Shown piece by piece: positions 11,000 to 23,523 of a stretch of DNA of 64,000 bases (position 1 is its first letter; each line of letters starts with the position of its first letter). The translations under genes were made by a program, and so were the position numbers. This DNA is from Pedobacter sp. (GTDB lineage: Bacteria > Desulfobacterota > Desulfuromonadia > Desulfuromonadales > Syntrophotaleaceae). The notes under the pieces were generated by a model. The model was given only the letters and a program-made list of their open reading frames with translations. It was not told the DNA's origin and did not search any database. The DNA is taken from the NCBI GenBank assembly GCA_050253415.1, contig JBFWJC010000003.1:288001-352000 (forward strand), written 5' to 3'.

Positions 11000-12019
11000 A
11001 TGTCCAAGTTGTTTAATGTTGCGATTGTCGGGGCCACCGGCGCCGTTGGAAATCAGATGCTTGAAATACTGGAAGAGCGTAATTTCCCCATCAAGGAATT
11101 GCGTCTGCTGGCTTCTGAACGTTCTGAAGGCAAGTTTCTTGAATTCAAGGGCGAGCAACTTGTAGTGCAGAAGCTTGGCAGGGACTCCTTCAAAGGGATC
11201 GATATTGCCCTGTTCAGTGCTGGCGGATCCCGCAGCGAAGAATTTTGTCCCATAGCTGCTGCAGCCGATGCAGTTTGTGTTGATAATTCAAGCGCATGGC
11301 GCATGGATCCTGACGTGCCTCTGGTGGTTCCCGAGGTTAATCCGGCGGATGTTGCGTTGTACACCAGTAAGGGTATTATCGCAAACCCCAACTGTTCCAC
11401 CATCCAGATGATGGTAGCCTTGAAACCGCTGCACGATTATGCGAAAATCAAGCGGATTGTCGTTTCCACTTATCAAGCGGTTTCCGGCACGGGGCTGAAT
11501 GCTATTGACGAGTTGCGTATTCAAACTGGTGAATTGCTCAACGGCCGTCCTGCAGAGTGCAAGGTCTATCCGCATCAGATCGCTTTCAACTGCCTGCCTC
11601 ACATTGACGTCTTCCTTGACAATGGCTACACAAAAGAAGAAATGAAGATGGTCAATGAGACAAGGAAGATTATGGGTGATGCTTCCATACGTGTTACGGC
11701 AACGACCGTGCGCGTACCGGTTTTTTACAGCCACAGTGAAGCCGTCAATATTGAAACCGAAAAGCCCTTGTCGGCTGTTAAGGCTCGCGAGTTGCTGGCC
11801 GCAGCCCCCGGGGTAAAAGTTGTGGATGATGTGGCAACTCTTACTTATCCGACAGCTATCGACGCAGCCGGGCAGGATCTGACCTACGTCGGTCGTATCC
11901 GTGAAGACGAGTCCATAGATAACGGTTTGAATCTTTGGGTTGTTGCGGATAATCTGCGTAAAGGTGCGGCAACCAATGCTGTGCAGATTGCAGAATTGCT
12001 GGCCGCCAAGTATTTGTAA
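11000..12019 (+). CDS. asd: aspartate-semialdehyde dehydrogenase
   Basis: GATGAVG, NPNCST, YQAVSG and DNLRKGAA motifs. Confidence 0.96.
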   Translation: MSKLFNVAIVGATGAVGNQMLEILEERNFPIKELRLLASERSEGKFLEFKGEQLVVQKLGRDSFKGIDIALFSAGGSRSEEFCPIAAAADAVCVDNSSAWRMDPDVPLVVPEVNPADVALYTSKGIIANPNCSTIQMMVALKPLHDYAKIKRIVVSTYQAVSGTGLNAIDELRIQTGELLNGRPAECKVYPHQIAFNCLPHIDVFLDNGYTKEEMKMVNETRKIMGDASIRVTATTVRVPVFYSHSEAVNIETEKPLSAVKARELLAAAPGVKVVDDVATLTYPTAIDAAGQDLTYVGRIREDESIDNGLNLWVVADNLRKGAATNAVQIAELLAAKYL

Positions 12020-12041
12020 TCTTAAATCAATGTTGAAGTTC

Positions 12042-12068
12042 AAAAAGGGGGCCAATTGGTCCCCTTTT
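12042..12068. terminator. probable terminator after asd
   Basis: AAAAAGGGGGCC-AATT-GGTCCCCTTTT inverted repeat. Confidence 0.55.
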
Positions 12069-12084
12069 GTCTTTGGTGGGGGTT

Positions 12085-12852
12085 ATGGTCAGAGATGGTT
12101 ATTTATCTGATGACGGTATGCGAGCAGGTTTTTTTTACAGCCTCGATCCCCGTACCAAGCTCGTTGTGTTGTCTGTGTTGTTGGTTGCCGTCTTCTCTGC
12201 AATGCAGGTTTGGCGCTTGTGCATACTGACTTTGGTTGCTTTTGCAGGGGTGTTTCTGGTCCGGGGTTCGCGATTCAGAATCATGCGCCGCCTCCACGCA
12301 ATGCGTTGGTTTTTCTTCACGGGACTGCTGTTGCATTTATTCTCCGGTTCGGGTCGGACTATCATGGGGATCTCTTTTCTCTCTTTTGACGGACTGCTCG
12401 AGGGTGGTTTGGTGGTTTGGCGATTGGCCTTGGCAATGTTGTTTGCTTCGTTGTTCTGTTTCAGCACACCCGTTTCGGTGCTTGCCAACGCTTTGGTGGG
12501 AATGATGCGGCCCTTCAGGAAGATAATGCCGGTTAATCGAATTGGCTTGCATGTGCTACTTGTTTTGACCTGGGTGCCGATAGTTCACGACGCAATTTTT
12601 GTTGCACGCCAACAGCGGAAACAGACAGCGGAATGCAGCCGCCGTGGTTTAAGCGGCGTGATCGCCGACTTGTATCTGATCATTGACCAGTTGCTTGTGA
12701 CGGCTGAAAACCTTGTGGAGACGGTTATGGTTGGCGATTATTGTTTGTTGAATTTGCCGTCGACAAATACGGAAAAGTACAGAATGTCAGAAGCGGGGAT
12801 GCTGTTGATGTCCATGGTTTTTATGTCGATATGGTTCTGGGGGTTGCCATGA
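12085..12852 (+). CDS. EcfT/CbiQ-like energy-coupling factor transmembrane component (divergent)
   Basis: N-terminal SLDPRTKL signature and several TM helices; the usual Ala-Arg-Gly motifs look degraded; start uncertain; stop overlaps the truA start. Confidence 0.65.
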   Translation: MVRDGYLSDDGMRAGFFYSLDPRTKLVVLSVLLVAVFSAMQVWRLCILTLVAFAGVFLVRGSRFRIMRRLHAMRWFFFTGLLLHLFSGSGRTIMGISFLSFDGLLEGGLVVWRLALAMLFASLFCFSTPVSVLANALVGMMRPFRKIMPVNRIGLHVLLVLTWVPIVHDAIFVARQQRKQTAECSRRGLSGVIADLYLIIDQLLVTAENLVETVMVGDYCLLNLPSTNTEKYRMSEAGMLLMSMVFMSIWFWGLP

Positions 12853-13586
12853 GCGTTGTTCGGCTTATTATTGAATACGATGGAACCCAGTATGTTGGCT
12901 GGCAACGACAACCCAATGGTGTTTCTGTTCAGCAGGTGGTCGAGGAAGCTTTGGCCAAGGTGTGCGGTAGTGCGCATGTGCTTTTTTCTTCCGGGCGTAC
13001 CGACGCGGGGGTGCATGCCCGCGGCATGGTAGCACACTTTAAGACGGATCGCCTTTTGCCCATGGGGGCATATTGTGAAGGGGTTAACCGGTTGCTGCCC
13101 TGCGATATTGTCGTGCGGGATGCGGCTGTCGTGCCGGATGATTTTCATGCTCGTTATAGTGCAAAAGGTAAGTGGTATCGTTACAGTATCTGTTCGACTC
13201 CGGTTCGTTCGCCCCTCGCCAGTCGTTACAGCTGGCATGTTCGAAGTAGCCTCGACCTGTCAAGCATGCAGCAGGCTGCTGCGTTTTTTGTCGGGCAACA
13301 TGACTTTTCAGCATTTCGGGCTACCGGTTGCTCTGCCCGCACTACAGTGCGTGGGATATTCTCCGTTGATGTGACCGAAGCGGATGCGCTTATTCATGTC
13401 GATGTGCGCGGTAGTGGTTTTTTACGTAACATGATACGTATAATGGTTGGTACGCTTGTCGAGGTAGGACGGGGGAAGAGACCACCGCAGGAAATCAGCG
13501 ATATGCTGATCGATTGCCGTCGTGCTCGGGCCGGTGTAACAGCCCCTCCTCAAGGCCTTTGCCTTATGGAGGTATTTTATGAGTGA
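12849..13586 (+). CDS. truA: tRNA pseudouridine(38-40) synthase
   Basis: [29 protein letters not shown] and FLRNMIR motifs. Confidence 0.96.
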   Translation: MSVVRLIIEYDGTQYVGWQRQPNGVSVQQVVEEALAKVCGSAHVLFSSGRTDAGVHARGMVAHFKTDRLLPMGAYCEGVNRLLPCDIVVRDAAVVPDDFHARYSAKGKWYRYSICSTPVRSPLASRYSWHVRSSLDLSSMQQAAAFFVGQHDFSAFRATGCSARTTVRGIFSVDVTEADALIHVDVRGSGFLRNMIRIMVGTLVEVGRGKRPPQEISDMLIDCRRARAGVTAPPQGLCLMEVFYE

Positions 13587-13615
13587 AATTGTCGGTTGCT
13601 GCAGGCAAAAAGACC

Positions 13616-13644
13616 TTGACATGGCAGGGGGTTTCCGTTAACTT
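13616..13644 (+). promoter_or_regulatory. sigma70-type promoter for rplM-rpsI
   Basis: TTGACA(13616-13621)-17 nt-TAACTT(13639-13644). Confidence 0.6.
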
Positions 13645-13699
13645 CTGTTGTCCTGTGGTCCCGTTACGAAAATCACAGTTTACGCATAGAGAGGAAGCC

Positions 13700-14128
13700 A
13701 TGAGCACGCAGGTAGCAAAAAAATCCGAGATCAAAAAAAACTGGTATATTGTGGATCTGGACGGTAAAGTGCTGGGTCGAGCCGCGACTGAAATTGCTCG
13801 TGTTCTGCGGGGGAAGCATAAAGCTATCTATTCCCCTAGCGTCGATACCGGCGATTTCGTCGTTGTCGTGAATGCTGAGAAAGTCAAGCTGACCGGTAAT
13901 AAGCTGGCCGCCAAAATGTACTATCATCATTCGGGATATCCGGGGGGATTGCGTGAAGCCACCGCCGCCCAGATGCTTGAAAAAAAGCCCGAGGATGTGA
14001 TTAAGAAGGCTGTCAAGGGCATGCTGCCCAAGAACAAATTGGGGCGCGATATGTTGCGGAAACTGAAGGTTTATGCCGGCAGTGACCATCCCCACGACGC
14101 TCAGCAGCCGCTTGAACTGAACGTCTAA
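13700..14128 (+). CDS. rplM: 50S ribosomal protein L13
   Basis: [20 protein letters not shown] and AVKGMLPKN motifs; start at ATG 13700. Confidence 0.98.
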   Translation: MSTQVAKKSEIKKNWYIVDLDGKVLGRAATEIARVLRGKHKAIYSPSVDTGDFVVVVNAEKVKLTGNKLAAKMYYHHSGYPGGLREATAAQMLEKKPEDVIKKAVKGMLPKNKLGRDMLRKLKVYAGSDHPHDAQQPLELNV

Positions 14129-14156
14129 GAATTCAGAGCCGAGTCAGGAGATAAAG

Positions 14157-14549
14157 ATGGCCGAACAAAGGTTCTACGCAACCGGCAAAAGAAAAACTTC
14201 TATTGCCCGCGTCTGGCTGAAGCCGGGCGAAGGCAACATTACTGTCAATCGTCGCACTCTGGACGAGTACTTCGGTCGGGAAACCTCTAAAATGGTTATC
14301 CGTCAGCCTCTCGAATTGACCGATAATATCGGTAAATTCGATATTCAAGTGAACGTATGCGGTGGCGGTCCTTCCGGACAGGCCGGTGCCATCAAGCATG
14401 GCATTACCAAGGCTCTGTTGGAAGTTGATCCTGCATTGCGCGCAGTTCTTAAGAAAGCCGGCTTCATTACCCGTGATAGCCGTGCCAAGGAACGTAAAAA
14501 ATACGGTCGCAAAGCTGCCCGTGCAGCGTTCCAGTTCTCCAAACGTTAA
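14157..14549 (+). CDS. rpsI: 30S ribosomal protein S9
   Basis: [21 protein letters not shown] and C-terminal QFSKR. Confidence 0.98.
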   Translation: MAEQRFYATGKRKTSIARVWLKPGEGNITVNRRTLDEYFGRETSKMVIRQPLELTDNIGKFDIQVNVCGGGPSGQAGAIKHGITKALLEVDPALRAVLKKAGFITRDSRAKERKKYGRKAARAAFQFSKR

Positions 14550-14605
14550 TCCTCGTGTGTTACAGGCCGGGATCATTCGGCCCTGTATCTTTTCAGTCAT
14601 GGTGC

Positions 14606-14632
14606 AAAGGGAAACCCGCGGGTTTCCCTTTT
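14606..14632 (+). terminator. hairpin/terminator between rpsI and argC
   Basis: AAAGGGAAACCC-GC-GGGTTTCCCTTTT. Confidence 0.55.
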
Positions 14633-14651
14633 CGCTTTTGAGGAGGTTGTC

Positions 14652-15689
14652 ATGCTGAAAGTTGCCATTGTTGGTGCAAGTGGGTATACCGGGGTCGAAC
14701 TGATCCGGTTGCTGCTGAATCATCCACAAATTGAGATTACTTGTGTAACTTCCCGGCAGAATGCCGGTACGAGTATCTCCAGTGTGTTTCCTTCACTTCT
14801 GGGGCGTATTGATCTTCAGTTTGACCCCGTCGACCTCGATCTTATTATCCAGAAGTCCGATTTCGTCTTTACCGCTTTACCTCACAAGGCGGCCATGGCG
14901 GTGATCCCCGATCTGCTCGACGCTGGTAAAAAAGTTGTCGACCTGTCAGCTGATTACCGGTTACGTGATGTTGCCGTCTACGAGGCCTGGTACGACAAGC
15001 ATACCAGTCCCGAGTTGTTGGATGAGGCGGTTTACGGATTGCCTGAACTTTTCCGCTCCGACGTGCGCACAGCGCGCCTGGTCGCCAATCCTGGTTGCTA
15101 CCCTACAAGTATTGCCCTGGGGCTTGCCCCGCTGCTTGAAAAGGGGTTGGTCGATCTGCAATCCCTGATTATCGACAGTAAATCCGGCACCAGTGGGGCA
15201 GGCCGTTCTGCCAAAGTCGGTAGCCTTTATTGCGAAGTCAACGAAGGGTTCAAAGCCTACGGAGTCGCTTCGCATCGCCACACTCCCGAAATCGAACAAA
15301 CCTTGGGACATCTGGCCGGCCAGGCGGTGCAGGTTAGTTTTACCCCCCATCTGCTGCCTGTCAGTCGTGGTATCCTTTCCACCTGTTATGCCTCCCTGGG
15401 GCAGTCCATGGATACCGCTGCACTCCAGCAGTTGTATGCACAACGTTACGCCGGCGAACCTTTCGTACGCGTGCATCCTGTGGGTGAATTACCCAATATC
15501 CTGCATGTGCGCGGTAGCAATTGCTGCAATATCGGCGTGGTGAGTGATCCCCGTACCGGGCGCGCCATTATTGTGTCGGTTATTGATAATCTGCTCAAGG
15601 GAGCCGCCAGTCAGGCTGTACAGAATATGAATCTGATGCAGGGTTGGTCTGAGGACTCAGGATTGAAGGATCTGCCCCTGTTCCCCTGA
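14652..15689 (+). CDS. argC: N-acetyl-gamma-glutamyl-phosphate reductase
   Basis: [28 protein letters not shown] and DNLLKGA motifs. Confidence 0.96.
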   Translation: MLKVAIVGASGYTGVELIRLLLNHPQIEITCVTSRQNAGTSISSVFPSLLGRIDLQFDPVDLDLIIQKSDFVFTALPHKAAMAVIPDLLDAGKKVVDLSADYRLRDVAVYEAWYDKHTSPELLDEAVYGLPELFRSDVRTARLVANPGCYPTSIALGLAPLLEKGLVDLQSLIIDSKSGTSGAGRSAKVGSLYCEVNEGFKAYGVASHRHTPEIEQTLGHLAGQAVQVSFTPHLLPVSRGILSTCYASLGQSMDTAALQQLYAQRYAGEPFVRVHPVGELPNILHVRGSNCCNIGVVSDPRTGRAIIVSVIDNLLKGAASQAVQNMNLMQGWSEDSGLKDLPLFP

Positions 15690-15727
15690 AGTTTGGGTAC
15701 ACCATCGTCAAAGGATCGGTATTAAAC

Positions 15728-17590
15728 GTGGCTGAAAAGGGCTCCAGGTCCTCCAATTTGCATCGCTATACGGATTTCTTGCCGACCAACCGGAAGGAAA
15801 TGGCCGCATGGGGCTGGAGCGACCTCGATATTCTGTTCGTTAGCGGGGATGCTTATATCGACCACCCCGCTTTCGGGGTTCCTTTGTTGGCGCGTTTTCT
15901 TGTGAGTCATGGATATCGGGTCGGTATCCTCGCACAACCCGACTGGCGGCAGCCTGAGGCTTTGCGTGTCATGGGGCGGCCGCGCTTGTTCGCGGCTGTT
16001 TCCGGTGGCGCCATGGATTCCATGGTTAACCATTACACCGCGGCACGCAAGCTTCGCAGCAATGACGCCTATACGCCCGGTGGCAGGGCCGGTGCACGAC
16101 CAAACAGAGCCGTCATTGCTTATACTGCCGCGATCAAGGGGGCCTTTAAGGGCTTGCCGGTCGTAATAGGTGGTATCGAAGCAAGTTTGCGCCGTCTGGC
16201 TCATTTCGACTACTGGTCGGATCAAGTCCGTCGTTCGGTGCTGATCGATGCCAAAGCCGACCTGCTGCTTTATGGTATGGCAGAAAAGTCTGTGCTTGAA
16301 TTGGCGCAACGCTGTGCCGCCGGTGAGAGCCCCAGCCAGATTTCCGATTTGGCAGGCAGCGCCGTCATCTGCACGGAACCGCCAGAAAAATGCGTGGAAC
16401 TGCCTTCTTTTGAGGATGTCAGCAATGAGCCGGATGCTTTTAACCGTGCATATTGCCTGGCTACCCGCGAAGCAAATCCTTATTGCGGACAATCCGTCGT
16501 ACAGCGCCACGGATCGCGTTGGGTGCTGGTGAACCCGCCGTCGCTCCCTCTTACGCAGTCGGAGCTCGATGAGATCTATGCCTTGCCGTTCAGTCGCCGA
16601 CCTCACTATAGCTACACCGAGCCTATTCCTGCATTCGAACAGATTCGTTTCTCAATAACCAGTCATCGAGGATGCTTCGGAGGTTGTGCCTTCTGCGCAA
16701 TTGCCTCCCACCAGGGGAAGGTCATTCAATCGCGCTCACAATCTTCTATCGTGTCAGAAGTGGCGACTATTGCGCAGGATCGTGAATTTCGCGGAACCAT
16801 AACCGATGTGGGTGGACCGACCGCCAATATGTATGGCATGCGTTGCGGACATCCCAAGGCGCGTAAATCCTGTCGCAGGGAAGGGTGTCTTTTCCCGGAA
16901 CCGTGTCAGCACCTTGTGGTTGAAGATGAGGCCGCCTCGTCTTTGCTCGAGAAGGTCCGCTTGCTTCCCGCAGTCCAGCATGTATTTGTCGCATCCGGGG
17001 TGCGTCTGGATCTGCTGGAACGCCAACCTGAATATTTCCGTCAATTGTTGAGCCATCATGTCGGCGGCTTGTTGAAGGTTGCGCCTGAGACCCTTAGCGC
17101 CAAGGTAGCTGGCATTATGCGCAAACCCGGCCCCGGCTCATTTAGCGCTTTTCTTGCACGGTTTCGTCAACATAGCCGGGAGTTGGGCAAACGTCAGGCT
17201 GTGGTGCCGTATATGATAGCCGGTCATCCCGGTTGCACTCTTGAGGATATGGTCGACACGGCCCTGTTTCTGAAGGATCACGGGCTGCGGGTTGAACAAG
17301 TCCAGGAATTTACTCCTACCCCTGGAACTCTTGCTACCTGTATGTACCATACAGGAGTGGATCCGGAGACCGGGCAGGCTGTCCATGTCGCGAAATCGCC
17401 TAAGGAAAGGCGGTTGCAAAAAGCCTTGTTGTTATCACATTTACCCGAAAACAAAAATGATGTATTGCAGGCATTGCAGGCCTGTGGACGGCAAGATGCT
17501 GCCGCACGATTGTTGGGGGACAGCCCTGTGGCACCAGGCAAAGCCGTGTCCTTACCCAGGCGATCACCAAGGCGCTCGCGTAGGAAGTAG
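15728..17590 (+). CDS. YgiQ/UPF0313 family radical SAM protein
   Basis: [24 protein letters not shown] (CxxxCxxC) and GGPTANMY motifs. Confidence 0.9.
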   Translation: MAEKGSRSSNLHRYTDFLPTNRKEMAAWGWSDLDILFVSGDAYIDHPAFGVPLLARFLVSHGYRVGILAQPDWRQPEALRVMGRPRLFAAVSGGAMDSMVNHYTAARKLRSNDAYTPGGRAGARPNRAVIAYTAAIKGAFKGLPVVIGGIEASLRRLAHFDYWSDQVRRSVLIDAKADLLLYGMAEKSVLELAQRCAAGESPSQISDLAGSAVICTEPPEKCVELPSFEDVSNEPDAFNRAYCLATREANPYCGQSVVQRHGSRWVLVNPPSLPLTQSELDEIYALPFSRRPHYSYTEPIPAFEQIRFSITSHRGCFGGCAFCAIASHQGKVIQSRSQSSIVSEVATIAQDREFRGTITDVGGPTANMYGMRCGHPKARKSCRREGCLFPEPCQHLVVEDEAASSLLEKVRLLPAVQHVFVASGVRLDLLERQPEYFRQLLSHHVGGLLKVAPETLSAKVAGIMRKPGPGSFSAFLARFRQHSRELGKRQAVVPYMIAGHPGCTLEDMVDTALFLKDHGLRVEQVQEFTPTPGTLATCMYHTGVDPETGQAVHVAKSPKERRLQKALLLSHLPENKNDVLQALQACGRQDAAARLLGDSPVAPGKAVSLPRRSPRRSRRK

Positions 17591-17702
17591 TACCGGGTTG
17601 GTTTTCAACCGCCTCGGATCTTCTGATTTTTGAATTTTACGGAGTTTTGGAACCGTAAAAGGATTGTTGTCGTTGCGTCTGCTGTGTCAGCGCCCGGGAT
17701 TC

Positions 17703-17731
17703 TTGACAGGCTGTGCGGGGAAGATTACTAT
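17703..17731 (+). promoter_or_regulatory. sigma70-type promoter
   Basis: TTGACA(17703-17708)-17 nt-TACTAT(17726-17731). Confidence 0.6.
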
Positions 17732-17761
17732 GACGCCCTTTGCCGGCATGGGAGATCGATC

Positions 17762-17950
17762 ATGATGGACTTTCTGGTGACCGTTGCAGGGGTAGTGATG
17801 ATTGTTGAGGGCGTTCCCTGGTTTCTTTCCCCCCCGAGAATGAAACGGTTGCTGCTTGGTTTTATGGGGCTACCTGATCGCGCATTACGCAGTATGGGGT
17901 TGTTGCTGATGTTGAGCGGTTTATTCCTGGTCTACCTGGTTCGCGGCTAA
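17762..17950 (+). CDS. DUF2065 family small membrane protein
   Basis: 62 aa with GVVMIVEGVPWFLSP...LRSMG and two TM helices. Confidence 0.8.
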   Translation: MMDFLVTVAGVVMIVEGVPWFLSPPRMKRLLLGFMGLPDRALRSMGLLLMLSGLFLVYLVRG

Positions 17951-18150
17951 GGTCCAGTTGGACTTTGTCGGTTCAGTAGCTTTTCATGATTGTCAAGATG
18001 CTCAATCCGGTTCCTTATACAAAAGACGGGGTATAAAACCAGTGCGGCAGTAGCGGGCAGGGCGGCCGATAGGCGTTGACTTTACTCCATAGGTATGTTT
18101 GATTGCTGAGGCTATTTATGCCTTACGCAGCAGATAGGCTTCTTAGAACA

Positions 18151-20332
<2,182 letters not shown>

Positions 20333-20419
20333 ATAATCGGAAAAATTCGTTCGTATTTTGTGGTACGCTGCTAACAACCCATAACTGCAGGATCAAAAAC
20401 CAATCTAAAGGAGCCGTTT

Positions 20420-20731
20420 ATGTTTTGGATTTCCGAAGCTCATGCCATGGCGTCGCCCCCCGGCGGTGAAAGCAACCCCTACGGAACGGTCATCATGCTG
20501 GTGCTGATGTTCGGTATCTTTTATTTTTTGCTGATTCGCCCTCAGCAAAAACGTGCCAAGGAGCATAAACAACTGGTGGACGGACTCAAAGCCGGGGACC
20601 TGGTGGTTACAGCTGGTGGGCTGCACGGCAAGGTAGTCAGCGTTCAGGAGAATATCGTATCCCTGGAAGTGGCTACGGGTGTCAAGATTAAGATCAATCG
20701 TTCTTCCATCGTAAGTGTGGAACAGAACTAG
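20420..20731 (+). CDS. yajC: preprotein translocase subunit YajC
   Basis: FYFLLIRPQQKR and VVTAGGLHG motifs; sits between tgt and secD. Confidence 0.95.
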   Translation: MFWISEAHAMASPPGGESNPYGTVIMLVLMFGIFYFLLIRPQQKRAKEHKQLVDGLKAGDLVVTAGGLHGKVVSVQENIVSLEVATGVKIKINRSSIVSVEQN

Positions 20732-20893
20732 AACCTTTCGGTCTTTTTGCCTTTATAACTTCTCATTGACGTTGCTGGCGCATGCCAGGTGCTATTGAAA
20801 CGTTTGGGAGACCGTCCTGTTGGTACGCTCTGTGTAGATGCGCAGTGCCTGCAGGACGTACTCCATTGATTGCGAAAGGAGTAGTGACTAGCC

Positions 20894-22495
20894 ATGTCCA
20901 AGAGCATCAAGTTGCGGGGAGGGGTTGTTCTGTTTTGCCTCGCCTTGTCTTTGTTGGCTTTAATGCCGACCCTGTTTCCCAATAGTACTCCCAACTGGGT
21001 GAAGAAGAGTTTTGATCCTTTGCATCTTGGCCTCGACCTTCAGGGCGGTATGCATCTGGTGCTGGGGGTTGATGTCGACAAAGCGGTTGAAAATCGCATC
21101 GACAGTCTTGTTGATCAGGTGGAATCCGATCTCAAGGAAAAGGACGTTATTTTCAAGCGTGTCTCCCGCATCGGCAATGACCGTCTGGTGGTCGTCGTTT
21201 ACGACGATGAGGCGGGTAAACAGGTTGATGCATTGATGGACGAGGGCAGTTATCGCAGCCTTGAGCCTTTGACCTTGGAGACCAGCGGCGGTTACATAGA
21301 AAAGTATTTTCGCTTTTCGGACAGTTCGGTTGCCTCCATCAAGGATAATGCTGTCAAACAAGCGCTTGAGACCTTGCGCAACCGTATCGATCAGTTCGGT
21401 GTCAGTGAAACTGTTCTGCAGCGGCAGGGTAGCGACCGTATTCTGATTCAGTTGCCTGGAATCAAGGATCCAAAGCGGGCAGTGGCCCTGCTTGGCAAGA
21501 CCGCTCTGCTTGAATTCAAAATGGTAGCCGAAAACGTGGATCTGCAGGCTGCTGCCAAAGGGGTGTTGCCCCCGGGAACCAGTCTCCTGTCTGAGCGCCA
21601 GGTCGATGGCCGCACAGGTGTTGTGACGCACATTCCGCTGGTGGTTTACGATAAAACCGTGCTGACGGGCGATCTGGTGTCCGATGCCCAGGTACGCATC
21701 GACCCCCGCTTCAACGAACCTTATGTGTCTATCGATTTCAATGCCGTAGGCGCCAAGCGTTTTGATCAGATCACCGCTTCGAATGTTGGCAAACGTATGG
21801 CCATCGTACTTGACGACACCGTCTACTCGGCACCGGTCATTCGTGAACGGATCTCCGGTGGCAGTGCCCAGATTTCAGGTTCCTTCGATGAACAGGAAGC
21901 CATGGATCTGGCCATTGTGCTACGGGCAGGGTCTTTGCCGGCACCGGTTACGATTCTCGAAAATAGAACTGTTGGACCGTCCCTCGGTCAGGACTCTATC
22001 CATCGCGGTATCTTGTCGGTAGTCATCGGCGGCATTGCGCTGGTCCTGGTCATGGGGATTTACTACAATCTGGCCGGTATCGTTGCCAATCTGGCCCTGG
22101 TGCTTAACCTGTTATTCATCATGGCCATGTTGAGCCTGTTCAAGGCCAGTCTGACCCTGCCGGGTATCGGTGGCATCGTGCTTACCCTCGGGATGGCGGT
22201 CGATGCCAACGTGCTTATCTATGAACGTATTCGCGAAGAGTTGCGTCTTGGCAAATCTGCGCGTAACGCTCTGGAAGCCGGTTATAGCAAGGCCTTTTTG
22301 ACCATCATGGATGCGAATATCACTACGTTGATCGCAGCCCTGGTTCTGTTCCAGTTCGGTACCGGGCCCGTTAAAGGCTTCGCGGTAACCCTGTGCATCG
22401 GGATCGTGGCTTCGCTGTTTACAGCAATTTTCGTATCGCGTGTTGTTTTCGACTTTTTCCTGGAACGTTACCAGGTCAAGCGGCTGAGTATATAA
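20894..22495 (+). CDS. secD: protein translocase subunit SecD
   Basis: LGLDLQGG, NRIDQFGVSE, GPSLG and GMAVDANVLIYERIREE motifs. Confidence 0.97.
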   Translation: MSKSIKLRGGVVLFCLALSLLALMPTLFPNSTPNWVKKSFDPLHLGLDLQGGMHLVLGVDVDKAVENRIDSLVDQVESDLKEKDVIFKRVSRIGNDRLVVVVYDDEAGKQVDALMDEGSYRSLEPLTLETSGGYIEKYFRFSDSSVASIKDNAVKQALETLRNRIDQFGVSETVLQRQGSDRILIQLPGIKDPKRAVALLGKTALLEFKMVAENVDLQAAAKGVLPPGTSLLSERQVDGRTGVVTHIPLVVYDKTVLTGDLVSDAQVRIDPRFNEPYVSIDFNAVGAKRFDQITASNVGKRMAIVLDDTVYSAPVIRERISGGSAQISGSFDEQEAMDLAIVLRAGSLPAPVTILENRTVGPSLGQDSIHRGILSVVIGGIALVLVMGIYYNLAGIVANLALVLNLLFIMAMLSLFKASLTLPGIGGIVLTLGMAVDANVLIYERIREELRLGKSARNALEAGYSKAFLTIMDANITTLIAALVLFQFGTGPVKGFAVTLCIGIVASLFTAIFVSRVVFDFFLERYQVKRLSI

Positions 22496-22504
22496 GGGGG
22501 CAGC

Positions 22505-23431
22505 ATGGAGATCATCAAGCATGATATCAATATTAATTTTGTTGGTCGGCGTAAACTTGCGCTGATCTTCTCTTTGTTGCTGATTGTGGCCGGCATGGTT
22601 TCCCTTGTCGCCAAGGGTGGTCCTGAGTACGGCATCGATTTTTCCGGTGGTACTCTTATTCAGGTCAAATTCGCTCAGCCCACCAACGCCAAGGAGATTA
22701 AAAATGCTCTTCAGGACATGGATCTAAAAGGTTTGGTGGTTCAGAAGTTCGAGGAGGCATCTCAGGAATTTCTGTTGCGTGCCCAGGAGACCAGTTCAGA
22801 ACTGGAGGGCTTGGGGCAGCAGATCGGTACGCATCTGCAAAAATCCTACGGTGACGGTGCGGTTGAAATCCGTCGTGTGGAAATGGTTGGACCTCAGGTC
22901 GGTAAGGACCTGCGCAAAAAGGGGCTCATGGCCATTATTTTTGCCATGGTTGGTGTGCTGATCTATGTCACTATTCGATTTGAATTTCGGTTTGCGGTCG
23001 GAGCTATAGTAGCCCTGGTACATGATGTGCTCATTACTCTGGGTGCCTTCTCCATATTCGGCAAGGAAATCGACTTGCCGATTATTGCCGCGTTCCTGGC
23101 GATTATCGGTTATTCGCTCAACGATACGATCATTGTGTACGACCGTATTCGCGAAAATTCCGGCAAGCACAGCAAGGACGAGTTCCCGGCTATCATTAAT
23201 GCCAGTATCAACGAAACCATGTCACGTACTATCCTTACCTCCGGTACGACATTGTTGGTTATCCTGGCACTATTCCTTTTCGGAGGCGGGGTAATCCATA
23301 ATTTCGCCTTTGCCATGCTGATCGGAGTTGTGGTGGGTACCTATTCATCCATTTTTGTCGCCAGCCCCGTTCTTTTGTTCTGGGATGATTTTAAATCTCG
23401 TCGCCAGGCAGCGGCCGAAAAGGCTTCTTGA
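22505..23431 (+). CDS. secF: protein translocase subunit SecF
   Basis: GIDFSGG, VGPQVG and GYSLNDTIIVYDRIRE motifs. Confidence 0.97.
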   Translation: MEIIKHDININFVGRRKLALIFSLLLIVAGMVSLVAKGGPEYGIDFSGGTLIQVKFAQPTNAKEIKNALQDMDLKGLVVQKFEEASQEFLLRAQETSSELEGLGQQIGTHLQKSYGDGAVEIRRVEMVGPQVGKDLRKKGLMAIIFAMVGVLIYVTIRFEFRFAVGAIVALVHDVLITLGAFSIFGKEIDLPIIAAFLAIIGYSLNDTIIVYDRIRENSGKHSKDEFPAIINASINETMSRTILTSGTTLLVILALFLFGGGVIHNFAFAMLIGVVVGTYSSIFVASPVLLFWDDFKSRRQAAAEKAS

Positions 23432-23523
23432 TACCGGGATCTTCCCTGTATGTTTTATTGGGCCGGGGGGTATCCTCTCGGCCCTTTTGCATTTTTACCC
23501 TGAAATGAGATGTCTGAGGTCCT

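Noticed and set aside
20782..20985. VemP/SecM-like arrest peptide upstream of secD
   Set aside because: The ORF has no signal peptide or RBS and overlaps secD out of frame.
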